In this document: in pieces, positions 11,079 through 23,400 of the stretch
Layout of the letters: each line of letters begins with the position of its first letter
Numbering within the stretch: position 1 is the stretch's first letter
DNA from: Macrostomum hystrix
Taxonomy: Eukaryota; Animalia; Platyhelminthes
Assembly (NCBI GenBank): GCA_950097015.1
Contig: CATNEN010000002.1
Span: 8,618,001 to 8,682,000, forward strand
Reading direction: 5' to 3'
DNA length: 64,000 bases
Program-made: the position numbers and the translations under genes
The notes under the pieces: generated by a model
What the model was told of the DNA's origin: nothing
What the model saw: only the letters and a program-made list of their open reading frames with translations
The model's database searches: none

Positions 11079-14000
11079 TCAGACCTTCGCGAAGGTGTCT
11101 CGGCTGTGCGCCCAGATGCGGCAGGCCCGCTGCAGCTTCTCCGCCCGCATGTCGCACAGCAGCGCCACCAGGCGGCTCAGGTCGGCACGTCGTTGCGCCT
11201 GAAAGTCGGCCATCTCGGCGTCCACCGTCAGGCAGCCGGCGTCAAGGCGCTCGCGAGCGGCGGCCAGGCTGGCCTCGAGCTGCGCGATCTCGGTCTCCAG
11301 CAGGTAGAGCGCCGCGCGCTTCTGCTCGGCATCCTGGGCCCCGAACAGGCGGGTCCGGAGGCCGCGCAGCGACAGTCCGAAGCTGTCCGTCTCAACGCGC
11401 CGCTTCTCGTCGCGCTTGGCGGCGATGGCGTCTTCCAGCTGCTCGGCGCGGAGGGCCTGCCGGGGATTGGGTCAGTCAAGAAATATTAGGACTCGAAGGG
11501 AATTCCGCGGTTTGTAAAATTCCCAAGGAAATGTTCCCATCCTCAAATCTCCCAAGGGAATGTTCCCATCCTCAAATCTCCCAAGGGAATCTTTCCATCC
11601 TCAAATCTCCCAAGGAAATCTTCCCATCCTCAAATCTCCCAAGGGAATCTTCCCATCCTCAAATCTCCCATGGGAATGTTCCCATCCTCAAATCTCCCAA
11701 AGGAATCTTCTAATCCTCAAATCTCCCATGGGAATGTTCCCATCCTCAAATCTCCCAAGGGAATGTTCCCATCCTCAAATCTCCCAAAGGAATCTTCTAA
11801 TCCTCAAATCTCCCAAGGGAATCTTCCCATCCTCAAATCTCCCATGGGAATCTTCCCATCCTCAAATCTCCCAAGGGAATCTTCCCATCCTCAAATCTCC
11901 CATGGGAATATTTCCATCCTCAAATCTCCCAAGGGAATGTTCCCATCCTCAAATCTCCCAAGGGAATCTTCCCATCCTCAAATCTCCCATGGGAACCTTT
12001 CCATCCTCAAATCTCCCAAGGGAATCTTCCCATCCTCAAATCTCCCATGGGAATCTTTCCATCCTCAAATCTCCCAAGGGAATCTTCCCATCCTCAAATC
12101 TCCCATAGGAATCTTTCCATCCTCAAATCTCCAATAGGAATCTTTCCATCCTCAAATCTCCCAAGGGAATCTTCCCATCCTCAAATCTCCCATGGGAATC
12201 TTTCCATCCTCAAATCTCCCAAGGGAATCTTCCCATCCTCAAATCTCCCATGGGAATCTTTCCATCCTCAAATCTCCCATAGGAATCTTTCCATCCTCAA
12301 ATCTCCCAAGGGAATCTTCCCATCATCAAATCTCCCAAGGGAATCTTCCCATCATCAAATCTCCAAAGCGAGCACCTTGAGTTCCAGGCGTCGGCAGAGC
12401 GCGGCCACGGAGTCGCAGAAACCGGCGGCCTCACGCAGCCGATTGAGGAGTTCGTCATCCTCGCCGACTGCAGCGTCGGCGCCGCTGGCGTAGACATCCA
12501 TGTAGTGGCCGGCGGTCTGCAGGGCGTCGGCGAAGGCGGGGTCCTCCTCCAGGCCGCACCAGTCGCTGAGGATGCCGCCCAGAGTGGAGTGCAGCCGGTG
12601 GATGCGGTAGTGCCGGGCAACCAGCTGTTCGTAGGCTTTGGCGACCGCCTGCGTGGCGGGTAGTTGAAGTTCAGGGAAATCGGCTGATTCAATTTCCGCT
12701 CTCAATCGTTTCTTTTTCTCCTCTGTCACATATCTCTTTCCGCTCTCTACGAAGTCTCTTTCCGCCCTCTACGAAGTCTCTTTCCACCCTCTACGAAGTC
12801 TCTTTCCGCCCTCTACGAAGTCTTTTCACCCTCTACAAAGTCTCTTTCCGCCCTCTACGAAGTCTCTTTCCGCCCTCTACAAAGTCTCTTTCCGCCCTCT
12901 ACGAAGTCTTTCCACCCTTTACAAAGTCTCTTTCCGCCCTCTACGAAGTCTCTTTCCGCTCTCTACGAACTCTCTTTCCGCCCTCTACGAAGTCTCTTTC
13001 CACCCTCTACAAAGTCTCTTTCCGCCCTCTACGAAGTCTTTCCACCCTCTACGAAGTCTCTTTCCGCCCTCTACGAAGTCTTTCCACCCTCTACAAAGTC
13101 TCTTTCCGCCCTCTACGAAGTCTTTCCACCCTCTACAAAGTCTCTTTCCGCCCTCTACGAAGTCTTTCCACCCTCTACAAAGTCTCTTTCCGCCCTCTAC
13201 GAAGTCTCTTTCCGCCCTCTACGAACTCTCTTTCCGCCCTCTACGAAGTCTTTTCACCCTCTACAAAGTCTCTTTCCGCCCTCTACGAAGTCTCTTTCCG
13301 CCCTCTACAAAGTCTCTTTCCGCCCTCTACGAAGTCTTTCCACCCTTTACAAAGTCTCTTTCCGCCCTCTACGAAGTCTCTTTCCGCTCTCTACGAACTC
13401 TCTTTCCGCCCTCTACGAAGTCTCTTTCCACCCTCTACAAAGTCTCTTTCCGCCCTCTACGAAGTCTTTCCACCCTCTACGAAGTCTCTTTCCGCCCTCT
13501 ACGAAGTCTTTCCACCCTCTACAAAGTCTCTTTCCGCCCTCTACGAAGTCTTTCCACCCTCTACAAAGTCTCTTTCCGCCCTCTACGAAGTCTTTCCACC
13601 CTCTACAAAGTCTCTTTCCGCCCTCTACGAAGTCTCTTTCCGCCCTCTACGAACTCTCTTTCCGCCCTCTACGAAGTCTTTCCACCCTTTACAAAGTCTC
13701 TTTCCGCCCTCTACGAAGTTTTTCCACCCTCTACAAAGTCTCTTTCCGCCCTCTACGAAGTCTTTCCACCCTCTACAAAGTCTCTTTCCGCCCTCTACGA
13801 AGTCTCTTTCCGCTCTCTACGAAGTCTCTTTCCGCTCTCTCCCATGTCTCCTTCCGCTCTTTACCATGTCTGTTTCCGCTCTCTCACAGGTCTCTATACA
13901 CGCTCTCTTCACTGTATTTTTACGCTCTCTACCATCTCTCTCTCCACCGTCTCTACCTCCCTCTATTATCTCGCCTTTCGCTCTCTCCCGCTCCCACTGC

Positions 14001-15268
14001 AGCGGAGCATCTGTGCAACTCTCCCCAGGCAGCTGAGCCCCCACCTGCACAGCAGACTTCACAGCGGCCGCATGGCTCCGCATGGAGGTCACCGAGTGCG
14101 GTGTGACGCGCAGTCGAAAAGCGGCGCTGCGGGCGCTGATGGCCGCGTCCAGCTGCTGGCCCAGGGCCGGCGAGAACACCCGCAGCCGCCACTCCGAGTC
14201 GTGGCGCAGGAAGGCCACGGCCTGCTGGCAGAGGCCCAGACGGCGGTGCCGCAGCACCCGGTTGATGAACAGCTCCAGGCCGAAGCGGCGATTGTCCAGA
14301 AAGTCCTGGACAATCAGGCGGGAGAGAGTGACTGAATGAAGGCTCAGGGAGTGGCTGAAAAAAGGCTCAGAGAGTGACTGAATGAAGGCTGAGGGAGTGA
14401 CTGCATGAAGGCTGAGGGAGTGACTGCATGAAGGCTGAGGGAGTGACTGAATGAAGGCTGAGGGAGTGACTGCATGAAGGCTGAGGGAGTGACTGAATGA
14501 AGGCTGAGGGAGTGACTGAATGAAGGCTGAGGGAGTGACTGAATGAAGGCTGAGGGAGTGACTGCATGAAGGCTGAGGGAGTGACTGAATGAAGGCTGAG
14601 GGAGTGACTGCATGAAGGCTGAGGGAGTGACTGCATGAAGGCTGAGGGAGTGACTGCATGAAGGCTGAGGGAGTGACTGAATGAAGGCTGAGGGAGTGAC
14701 AGAATGAAGGCTGAGGGAGTGACTGCATGAAGGCTGAGGGAGTGACTGCATGAAGGCTGAGGGAGTGACTGCATGAAGGCTGAGGGAGTGACTGAATGAA
14801 GGCTGAGGGAGTGACTAAATGAAGGCTGAGGGAGTGACTGAATGAAGGCTGAGGGAGTGACTGAATGAAGGCTGAGGGAGTGACCGAATGAAGGCTCAGG
14901 GAGTGACTGAATTCAAGGAAGCCGTTTCGCACCTGGTCAAATTTCTGTCCGGCAATCTTCCAAGGCGCATAGGAGGACAGTTTGTCAGGCACGGGCGGGA
15001 TGAGGCAGTCGGGGTACTTCAGCTCCAGGAAGCCGCGGAGCAGGTCGAATTCTGAGTAGTAGCGGCAGGCCTGCAGCGCCTGAGTGCCAAGAAGCTCTTG
15101 CAGCTCGCCCGGGACCCCGTCTTGATCGACAACGCGAGTCTCCAGCACGTAGGCCACTCGATCGTCGGGCGAGCGCTCCTGATCGGCGATGCGGACTCGC
15201 AGGTAGAAACCGCTGGGCATTGGCAGAGACAGCTGCTGCGGCTGCTGCTCCTGCACTGGGTCAGCCAT
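11079..15268 (-). CDS. SNX4: Sorting nexin 4 (PX-BAR), 4 exons, 415 aa
   Basis: Exons 15268-14933, 14305-14045, 12648-12376 and 11456-11079 are all phase 0 with GT/AG. PX motifs are YYSEFDLLRGFL..YP..LIPPVPDK and DFLDNRRFGLELF. LQTAGHYMDVYA matches the recalled SNX4 LQSAGHHMDVYA. The C-terminal SLRGLRTRLFG...IWAHSRDTFAKV matches the SNX4 BAR end. Confidence 0.92.
11520..12365. repeat. 29-bp minisatellite filling SNX4 intron 3
   Basis: Unit aagggaatcttcccatcctcaaatctccc. Confidence 0.95.
12725..13830. repeat. 20/22-bp minisatellite filling SNX4 intron 2
   Basis: Units gaagtctctttccgccctctac and gaagtctttccaccctctac. Confidence 0.95.
14325..14912. repeat. 23-bp minisatellite filling SNX4 intron 1
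   Basis: Unit gagtgactgaatgaaggctgagg. Confidence 0.95.
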
Positions 15269-15299
15269 GCTGCAACACAGTAGCAAAGAATTTATCATC

Positions 15300-18200
15300 C
15301 ACCTGTCACCCGACTGACTGACTCCAGTCTCCTGTTCTCCACCTGTCAACCGACTGACTGACTGACTCCAGTCTCATGTTCTCCACCTGTCACCTGACTG
15401 ACTGACTGACTCCAGTCTCATGTTCTCCACCTGTCACCTGACTGACTGACTGACTCCAGTCTCATGTTCTCCACCTGTCACCTGACTGACTGACTGACTC
15501 CAGTCTCCTGTTCTCCACCTGTGACCTGACTGACTGACTCCAGTCTCCTGTTCTCCACCTGTCACCCGACTGAATGACTGACTCTAGTCTCCTGTTCTCC
15601 ACCTGTCACCCGACTGAATGACTGACTCCAGTCTCCTGTTCTCCACCTGTCAACCGACTGACTGACTGACTCCAGTCTCATGTTCTCCACCTGTCACCTG
15701 ACTGACTGACTGACTCCAGTCTCATGTTCTCCACCTGTCACCTGACTGACTGACTGACTCCAGTCTCCTGTTCTCCACCTGTCACCTGACTGACTGACTC
15801 CAGTCTCCTGTTCTCCACCTGTCACCGACTGAATGACTGACTCCAGTCTCCTGTTCTCCACCTGTCACCCGACTGAATGACTGACTCCAGTCTCCTGTTC
15901 TCCACCTGTCACCTGACCGACTGACTGACTCCAGTCTGATGTTCTCCACCTGTCACCTGACTGACTGACTGACTCCAGTCTCATGTTCTCCACCTGTCAC
16001 CTGACTGACTGACTGACTCCAGTCTCATGTTCTCCACCTGTCACCTGACTGACTGACTGACTCCAGTCTCCTGTTCTCCACCTGTGACCTGACTGACTGA
16101 CTCCAGTCTCCTGTTCTCCACCTGTCACCCGACTGAATGACTGACTCTAGTCTCCTGTTCTCCACCTGTCACCCGACTGAATGACTGACTCCAGTCTCCT
16201 GTTCTCCACCTGTCAACCGACTGACTGACTGACTCCAGTCTCATGTTCTCCACCTGTCACCTGACTGACTGACTGACTCCAGTCTCATGTTCTCCACCTG
16301 TCACCTGACTGACTGACTGACTCCAGTCTCCTGTTCTCCACCTGTCACCTGACTGACTGACTCCAGTCTCCTGTTCTCCACCTGTCACCGACTGAATGAC
16401 TGACTCCAGTCTCCTGTTCTCCACCTGTCACCCGACTGAATGACTGACTCCAGTCTCCTGTTCTCCACCTGTCACCTGACCGACTGACTGACTCCAGTCT
16501 GATGTTCTCCACCTGTCACCTGACTGACTGACTGACTCCAGTCTGATGTTCTCCACCTGTCACCTGACTGACTGACTGACTCCAGTCTGATGTTCTCCAC
16601 CTGTCACCTGACTGACTGACTGACTCCAGTCTCGTGTTCTCCACCTGTCACCTGACTGACTGACTGACTCCAGTCTGATGTTCTCCACCTGTCACCTGAC
16701 TGACTGACTGACTCCAGTCTCCTGTTCTCCACCTGTCACCTGACTGACTGACTGACTCCAGTCTGATGTTCTCCACCTGTCACCTGACTGACTGACTGAC
16801 TCCAGTCTCCTGTTCTCCACCTGTCACCTGACTGACTGACTGACTCCAGTCTGATGTTCTCCACCTGTCACCTGACTGACTGACTGACTCCAGTCTCCTG
16901 TTCTCCACCTGTCACCTGACTGACTCCAGTCTCATGTTCTCCACCTGTCACCTGACTGACTGACTGACTCCAGTCTCCTGTTCTCCACCTGTCACCTGAC
17001 TGACTCCAGTCTCATGTTCTCCACCTGTCACCTGACTGACTGACTCCAGTCTCATGTTCTCTACCTGTCACCTGACTGACTGACTGACTGACTCCAGTCT
17101 CCTGTTCTCCACCTGTCACCTGACTGACTGACTGACTCCAGTCTCCTGTTCTCCACCTGTCACCTGACTGACTCCAGTCTCATGTTCTCCACCTGTCACC
17201 TGACTGACTGACTGACTCCAGTCTCCTGTTCTCCACCTGTCACCTGACTGACTCCAGTCTCATGTTCTCCACCTGTCACCTGACTGACTGACTCCAGTCT
17301 CCTGTTCTCCACCTGTCACCTGACTGACTGACTGACTCCAGTCTCCTGTTCTCCACCTGTCACCTGACTGACTGACTGACTCCAGTCTCATGTTCTCCAC
17401 CTGTCACCTGACTGACTGACTGACTCCAGTCTCATGTTCTCCACCTGTCACCTGACTGACTGACTCCAGTCTCATGTTCTCCACCTGTCACCTGACTGAC
17501 TCCAGTCTCCTGTTCTCCACCTGTCACCTGACTGACTGACTGACTCCAGTCTCCTGTTCTCCACCTGTCACCTGACTGACTCCAGTCTCCTGTTCTCCAC
17601 CTGTCACCTGACTGACTCCAGTCTCCTGTTCTCCACCTGTCACCTGACTGACTCCAGTCTCCTGTTCTCCACCTGTCACCTGACTGACTGACTGACTGAC
17701 TCCAGTCTCATGTTCTCCACCTGTCACCTGACTGACTGACTCCAGTCTCATGTTCTCCACCTGTCACCTGACTGACTGACTCCAGTCTCCTGTTCTCCAC
17801 CTGTCACCTGACTGACTGACTCCAGTCTCATGTTCTCCACCTGTCACCTGACTGACTCCAGTCTCCTGTTCTCCACCTGTCACCTGACTGACTGACTGAC
17901 TGACTCCAGTCTCCTGTTCTCCACCTGTCACCTGACTGACTCCAGTCTCATGTTCTCCACCTGTCACCTGACTGACTGACTGACTCCAGTCTCCTGTTCT
18001 CCACCTGTCACCTGACTGACTCCAGTCTCATGTTCTCCACCTGTCACCTGACTGACTGACTGACTCCAGTCTCCTGTTCTCCACCTGTCACCTGACTGAC
18101 TCCAGTCTCATGTTCTCCACCTGTCACCTGACTGACTGACTCCAGTCTCCTGTTCTCCACCTGTCACCTGACTGACTGACTGACTCCAGTCTCCTGTTCT

Positions 18201-20210
18201 CCACCTGTCACCTGACTGACTGACTGACTCCAGTCTCATGTTCTCCACCTGTCACCTGACTGACTGACTGACTCCAGTCTCATGTTCTCCACCTGTCACC
18301 TGACTGACTGACTCCAGTCTCATGTTCTCCACCTGTCACCTGACTGACTCCAGTCTCCTGTTCTCCACCTGTCACCTGACTGACTGACTGACTCCAGTCT
18401 CCTGTTCTCCACCTGTCACCTGACTGACTCCAGTCTCCTGTTCTCCACCTGTCACCTGACTGACTCCAGTCTCCTGTTCTCCACCTGTCACCTGACTGAC
18501 TCCAGTCTCCTGTTCTCCACCTGTCACCTGACTGACTCCAGTCTCCTGTTCTCCACCTGTCACCTGACTGACTGACTGACTGACTCCAGTCTCATGTTCT
18601 CCACCTGTCACCTGACTGACTGACTCCAGTCTCATGTTCTCCACCTGTCACCTGACTGACTGACTCCAGTCTCCTGTTCTCCACCTGTCACCTGACTGAC
18701 TGACTCCAGTCTCATGTTCTCCACCTGTCACCTGACTGACTCCAGTCTCCTGTTCTCCACCTGTCACCTGACTGACTGACTGACTGACTCCAGTCTCCTG
18801 TTCTCCACCTGTCACCTGACTGACTCCAGTCTCATGTTCTCCACCTGTCACCTGACTGACTCCAGTCTCATGTTCTCCACCTGTCACCTGACTGACTCCA
18901 GTCTCATGTTCTCCACCTGTCACCTGACTGACTGACTGACTCCAGTCTCCTGTTCTCCACCTGTCACCTGACTGACTCCAGTCTCATGTTCTCCACCTGT
19001 CACCTGACTGACTGACTGACTCCAGTCTCCTGTTCTCCACCTGTCACCTGACTGACTGACTGACTCCAGTCTCCTGTTCTCCACCTGTCACCTGACTGAC
19101 TGACTGACTCCAGTCTCCTGTTCTCCACCTGTCACCTGACTGACTGACTGACTCCAGTCTCATGTTCTCCACCTGTCACCTGACTGACTGACTGACTCCA
19201 GTCTCATGTTCTCCACCTGTCACCTGACTGACTGACTCCAGTCTCATGTTCTCCACCTGTCACCTGACTGACTCCAGTCTCCTGTTCTCCACCTGTCACC
19301 TGACTGACTGACTGACTCCAGTCTCCTGTTCTCCACCTGTCACCTGACTGACTCCAGTCTCCTGTTCTCCACCTGTCACCTGACTGACTGACTGACTCCA
19401 GTCTCCTGTTCTCCACCTGTCACCTGACTGACTCCAGTCTCCTGTTCTCCACCTGTCACCTGACTGACTGACTGACTGACTCCAGTCTCATGTTCTCCAC
19501 CTGTCACCTGACTGACTCCAGTCTCCTGTTCTCCACCTGTCACCTGACTGACTCCAGTCTCCTGTTCTCCACCTGTCACCTGACTGACTCCAGTCTCCTG
19601 TTCTCCACCTGTCACCTGACTGACTGACTGACTGACTCCAGTCTCCTGTTCTCCACCTGTGACCTGACTGACTGACTCCAGTCTGATGTTCTCCACCTGT
19701 CACCTGACTGACTGACTCCAGTCTCCTGTTCTCCACCTGTCACCTGACTGACTGACTGACTCCAGTCTCCTGTTCTCCACCTGTCACCTGACTGACTGAC
19801 TGACTCCAGTCTCCTGTTCTCCACCTGTCACCTGACTGACTGACTGACTCCAGTCTCCTGTTCTCCACCTGTCACCTGACTGACTGACTGACTCCAGTCT
19901 CATGTTCTCCACCTGTCACCTGACTGACTGACTGACTCCAGTCTCATGTTCTCCACCTGTCACCTGACTGACTGACTCCAGTCTCATGTTCTCCACCTGT
20001 CACCTGACTGACTCCAGTCTCATGTTCTCCACCTGTCACCTGACTGACTGACTGACTCCAGTCTCATGTTCTCCACCTGTCACCTGACTGACTGACTCCA
20101 GTCTCCTGTTCTCCACCTGTCACCTGACTGACTGACTGACTCCAGTCTCATGTTCTCCACCTGTCACCTGACTGACTGACTCCAGTCTCATGTTCTCCAC
20201 CTGTCACCTG
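15300..20210. repeat. Compound satellite of about 4.9 kb between INTS9 and SNX4
   Basis: Core tccagtctc(c/a)tgttctccacctgtcacc followed by a variable number of tgac units; higher-order block duplications are visible. Confidence 0.97.
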
Positions 20211-20267
20211 TTTAATGACTCAAGTGAAATGAACAATGTAGCAGGCGATTAGAGGCAATGAATTGAT

Positions 20268-20273
20268 TTTATT
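20268..20273 (-). terminator. Probable INTS9 polyadenylation signal AATAAA
   Basis: AATAAA on the minus strand about 170 nt after the INTS9 stop and about 60 nt before the satellite. Confidence 0.6.
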
Positions 20274-20443
20274 ATAAAACAAGCTTTATGTCCAGGCAAT
20301 ATTATACAGGTGCTGGAGTGCACCTGTGGACTGCTGAATGCAAGCCAACAAGTGCAATATTGGCTGTTGGAAACAAATGCAACAGAGAATAGCGCAGGTT
20401 CCAATAGTGTCCAGTGGGAGCTACTATGAGTAGTCTGGCAGTC

Positions 20444-23400
20444 TCAGACAAGCACCAGGCAGGCCAGCAGGGACTCCCGCACCACCAGCCGGATCTTCTC
20501 GTCGTCGCAGTACACGTGCGTGGTAGCGGCGGAGCCAGTGATGAGGGCCTCCTGGTGGCCGCACACCAGGAAGATGCTCCAGGAGCCGTCGTCTGCCAGC
20601 TCGTGCCTGGCTTCAGGGAAGTTCCTGGCCCGCAGCTGCCTCACCAGCTCCTCCGGGCGCAGCTGCCCGGTAAGAAGCGGCTTTGAGGAGGCCTGCGTCA
20701 GATCCAGGGAGGCCAGCAGGGGCTTCAGCTCGCCACCGCTGCCGAAGCCCACGCCCACACCGGTGGAGGACTTGGCCAGCTCCGCCAGGGACTGCGGCTC
20801 CAGACGACGGCGGCCACTGCGGCCCACCGTGACCTCGCCATCCTGCGGGGAAAGCGGCCTCTGAATATGAGGATCTGGGATTCTGGGTGCTACGATCTGA
20901 AATACCTGAGGATCTGGGATCAAGAATTCGGGATCTGGGATCTAAAGATCTGGGATCTAAAGATCTGGGATCTAAAGATCTGGGATCTAAAGATCTGGGA
21001 TCTAAAGATCTGGGATCTAAAGATCTGGGATCTAAAGATCTGGGATCTAAAGATCTGGGATCTAAAGATCTGGGATCTAAAGATCTGGGATCTAAAGATC
21101 TGGGATCTAAAGATCTGGGATCTAAAGATCTGGGATCTAAAGATCTGGGATCTAAAGATCTGGGATCTAAAGATCTGGGATCTAAAGATCTGGGCTAGCA
21201 ACAAAGCAGAGCAGCCGCGTACCAGCAGAGCCAGCTGGCGGTCGCCAATCCTCACAGGCCGAACGGTGCTGGCCAGGGCGGGACTCAGCTCCAGCAGCTG
21301 GTCCGTGGAGTCCAGAGGGAACTGCATCACGGACAAATACTGCGAGTAGCTGACGGGGCAGCCGCCGTGGCAGTCGAATCGCCGGTAGGATTCAGGCAGC
21401 ACGACGCGACCGCAGCGGAGCAGGCTGATTACTTCCGAGGCCTGCGACGGCTGCATGCGCATGTCCATAACGAACCGGTGCACCTGGGCGGCGAGGGGCG
21501 GCTGGTTCTGTCACTCCCTCAGTTTCTGTCACTCCCTCACGGATTCTGTCACTCCCTCACAGATTGTCACTCCCTCACATGTTCTGCCACTCCCTCACGG
21601 ATTCTGTCACTCCCTCACAGATTCTGTCACTCCCTCAAGGATTCTGTCTCTCCCTCAAGGATTCTGTCACTCCCTCACAGATTCTGTCACTCCCTCACAG
21701 ATTGTCACTCCCTCATTGATTCGGTCACTCCCTCACAGATTCTGTCACTCCCTCACAGATTGTCACTCCCTCACAGATTGTCACTCCCTCACAGATTGTC
21801 ACTCCCTCACAGATTGTCACTCCCTCACAGATTATGTCACTCCCTCACAGATTCTGTCACTCCCTCACAGATTCTGTCACTCCCTCACAGATTCGGTCAC
21901 TCCCTCACAGATTCTGTCACTCCCTCACAGATTGTCACTCCCTCATTGATTCTGTCACTCCCTCACAGATTCGGTCACTCCCTCACAGATTCGGTCACTC
22001 CCTCACAGATTATGTCACTCCCTCATTGATAATGTCACTCCCTCATTAATTCTGTCACTCCCTCACAGATTCTGTGACTCCCTCACAGATTCTGTGACTC
22101 CCTCACAGATTGTCACTCCCTCACAGATTGTGTCACTCCCTCACAGATTATGTCACTCCCTCATTGATAATGTCACTCCCTCATTAATTCTGTCACTCCC
22201 CGAACCCTAGTCCGAATCTGTCAGCCGTGTTCTCCTGCAGCACCTGCATCTCGAGCGGCTGGAAAGGTGCCAAAGTGCGCGCATCGGCAAAGTGCGGGTC
22301 GGTGAGGAACATCGCGTTGGCCCGGTCCCGGCCCCAGGTGGCAGCCAGGTGGACAGAGTCGCCCAGCCGCAGGCAGGGGTCGGTGGCGAACACGATGCAC
22401 GGCTGGCTGGACTGGCGGCCAAAGTCGCCGCTAAGGCTGGCGAAATGGCTGAGCTGCTTGCGGTCCAGCATCTGGGGGTTGAGGATAGCGGCGAGAAGTC
22501 TGTGCCACTGCAGCCTGATGATTGGACACAATAACTTAGTCATGAGAGAACTGACTATTTGGGATAGGGAAATCTCATGGAAGACAGAGTTATTATTGGG
22601 GAAATTTAGACGAGAATTCTAAAATGGGAAGGGAATTACGAATTGTAATTTGGAGAGGCAATTCCAAAATAGAATATAGAGAGGGAATTCCCAAATAGGA
22701 TATAGAGACGGAATTCCAATATAGAATATAGAGAGGGAATCCCAAAATAGAATATAGAGAGGGAATTACCAAATAGAATATAGAGAAGGAATTCCCAAAT
22801 AGAATATATAGATAGGTAATTCCCAAATAGGATATATAGAGGGAATTCCAATATAGAATATAGAGAGGGAATCCCAAAAAAGAATACAGAGAGGGAATTC
22901 CCAAATAGAATATAGAGAGGGAATTCCCAAATAGAATATATAGATCTAGGGAATTCCCAAATAGGATATATAGAGAGGGAATTCCAATATAGAATATAGA
23001 GAGGGAATCCCAAAATAGAATATAGAGAGGGAATTCCCAAATAGAATACAGAGAGGGAATTCCCAAATAGAATATAGAGAGGGAATTCCCAAATAGAATA
23101 TATAGATCTAGGGAATTCCCAAATAGGATATATAGAGAGGGAATTCCAATATAGAATATAGAGAGGGAATCCCAAAATAGAATATAGAGAGGGAATTCCC
23201 AAATAGAATACAGAGAGGGAATTCCCCAACTTAATTTAGAGTGGGGATTCCCTAATAGACTTTGGAGTGGGAATTCCAGGCGTGGCAATCTCAGACAATA
23301 ACAGCCCGAATCTCATTAGTTGTGACAGGCCTCACCTCAGCGTGGCAGAATGGTACATCAGCAGTGTACAGCCGCTTCTGCCGCTCGGTGGACAGCCATT

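Noticed and set aside
10704-11202. ELHEYEY, CNSYSYS and MN repeat ORFs
   Set aside because: These are translations of the 21-bp array plus the antisense of SNX4 exon 4.
13817-15349. 510-aa ORF as a single protein
   Set aside because: It is a read-through of SNX4 exons 1-2 across the repeat-filled intron; GT/AG sites restore the PX domain.
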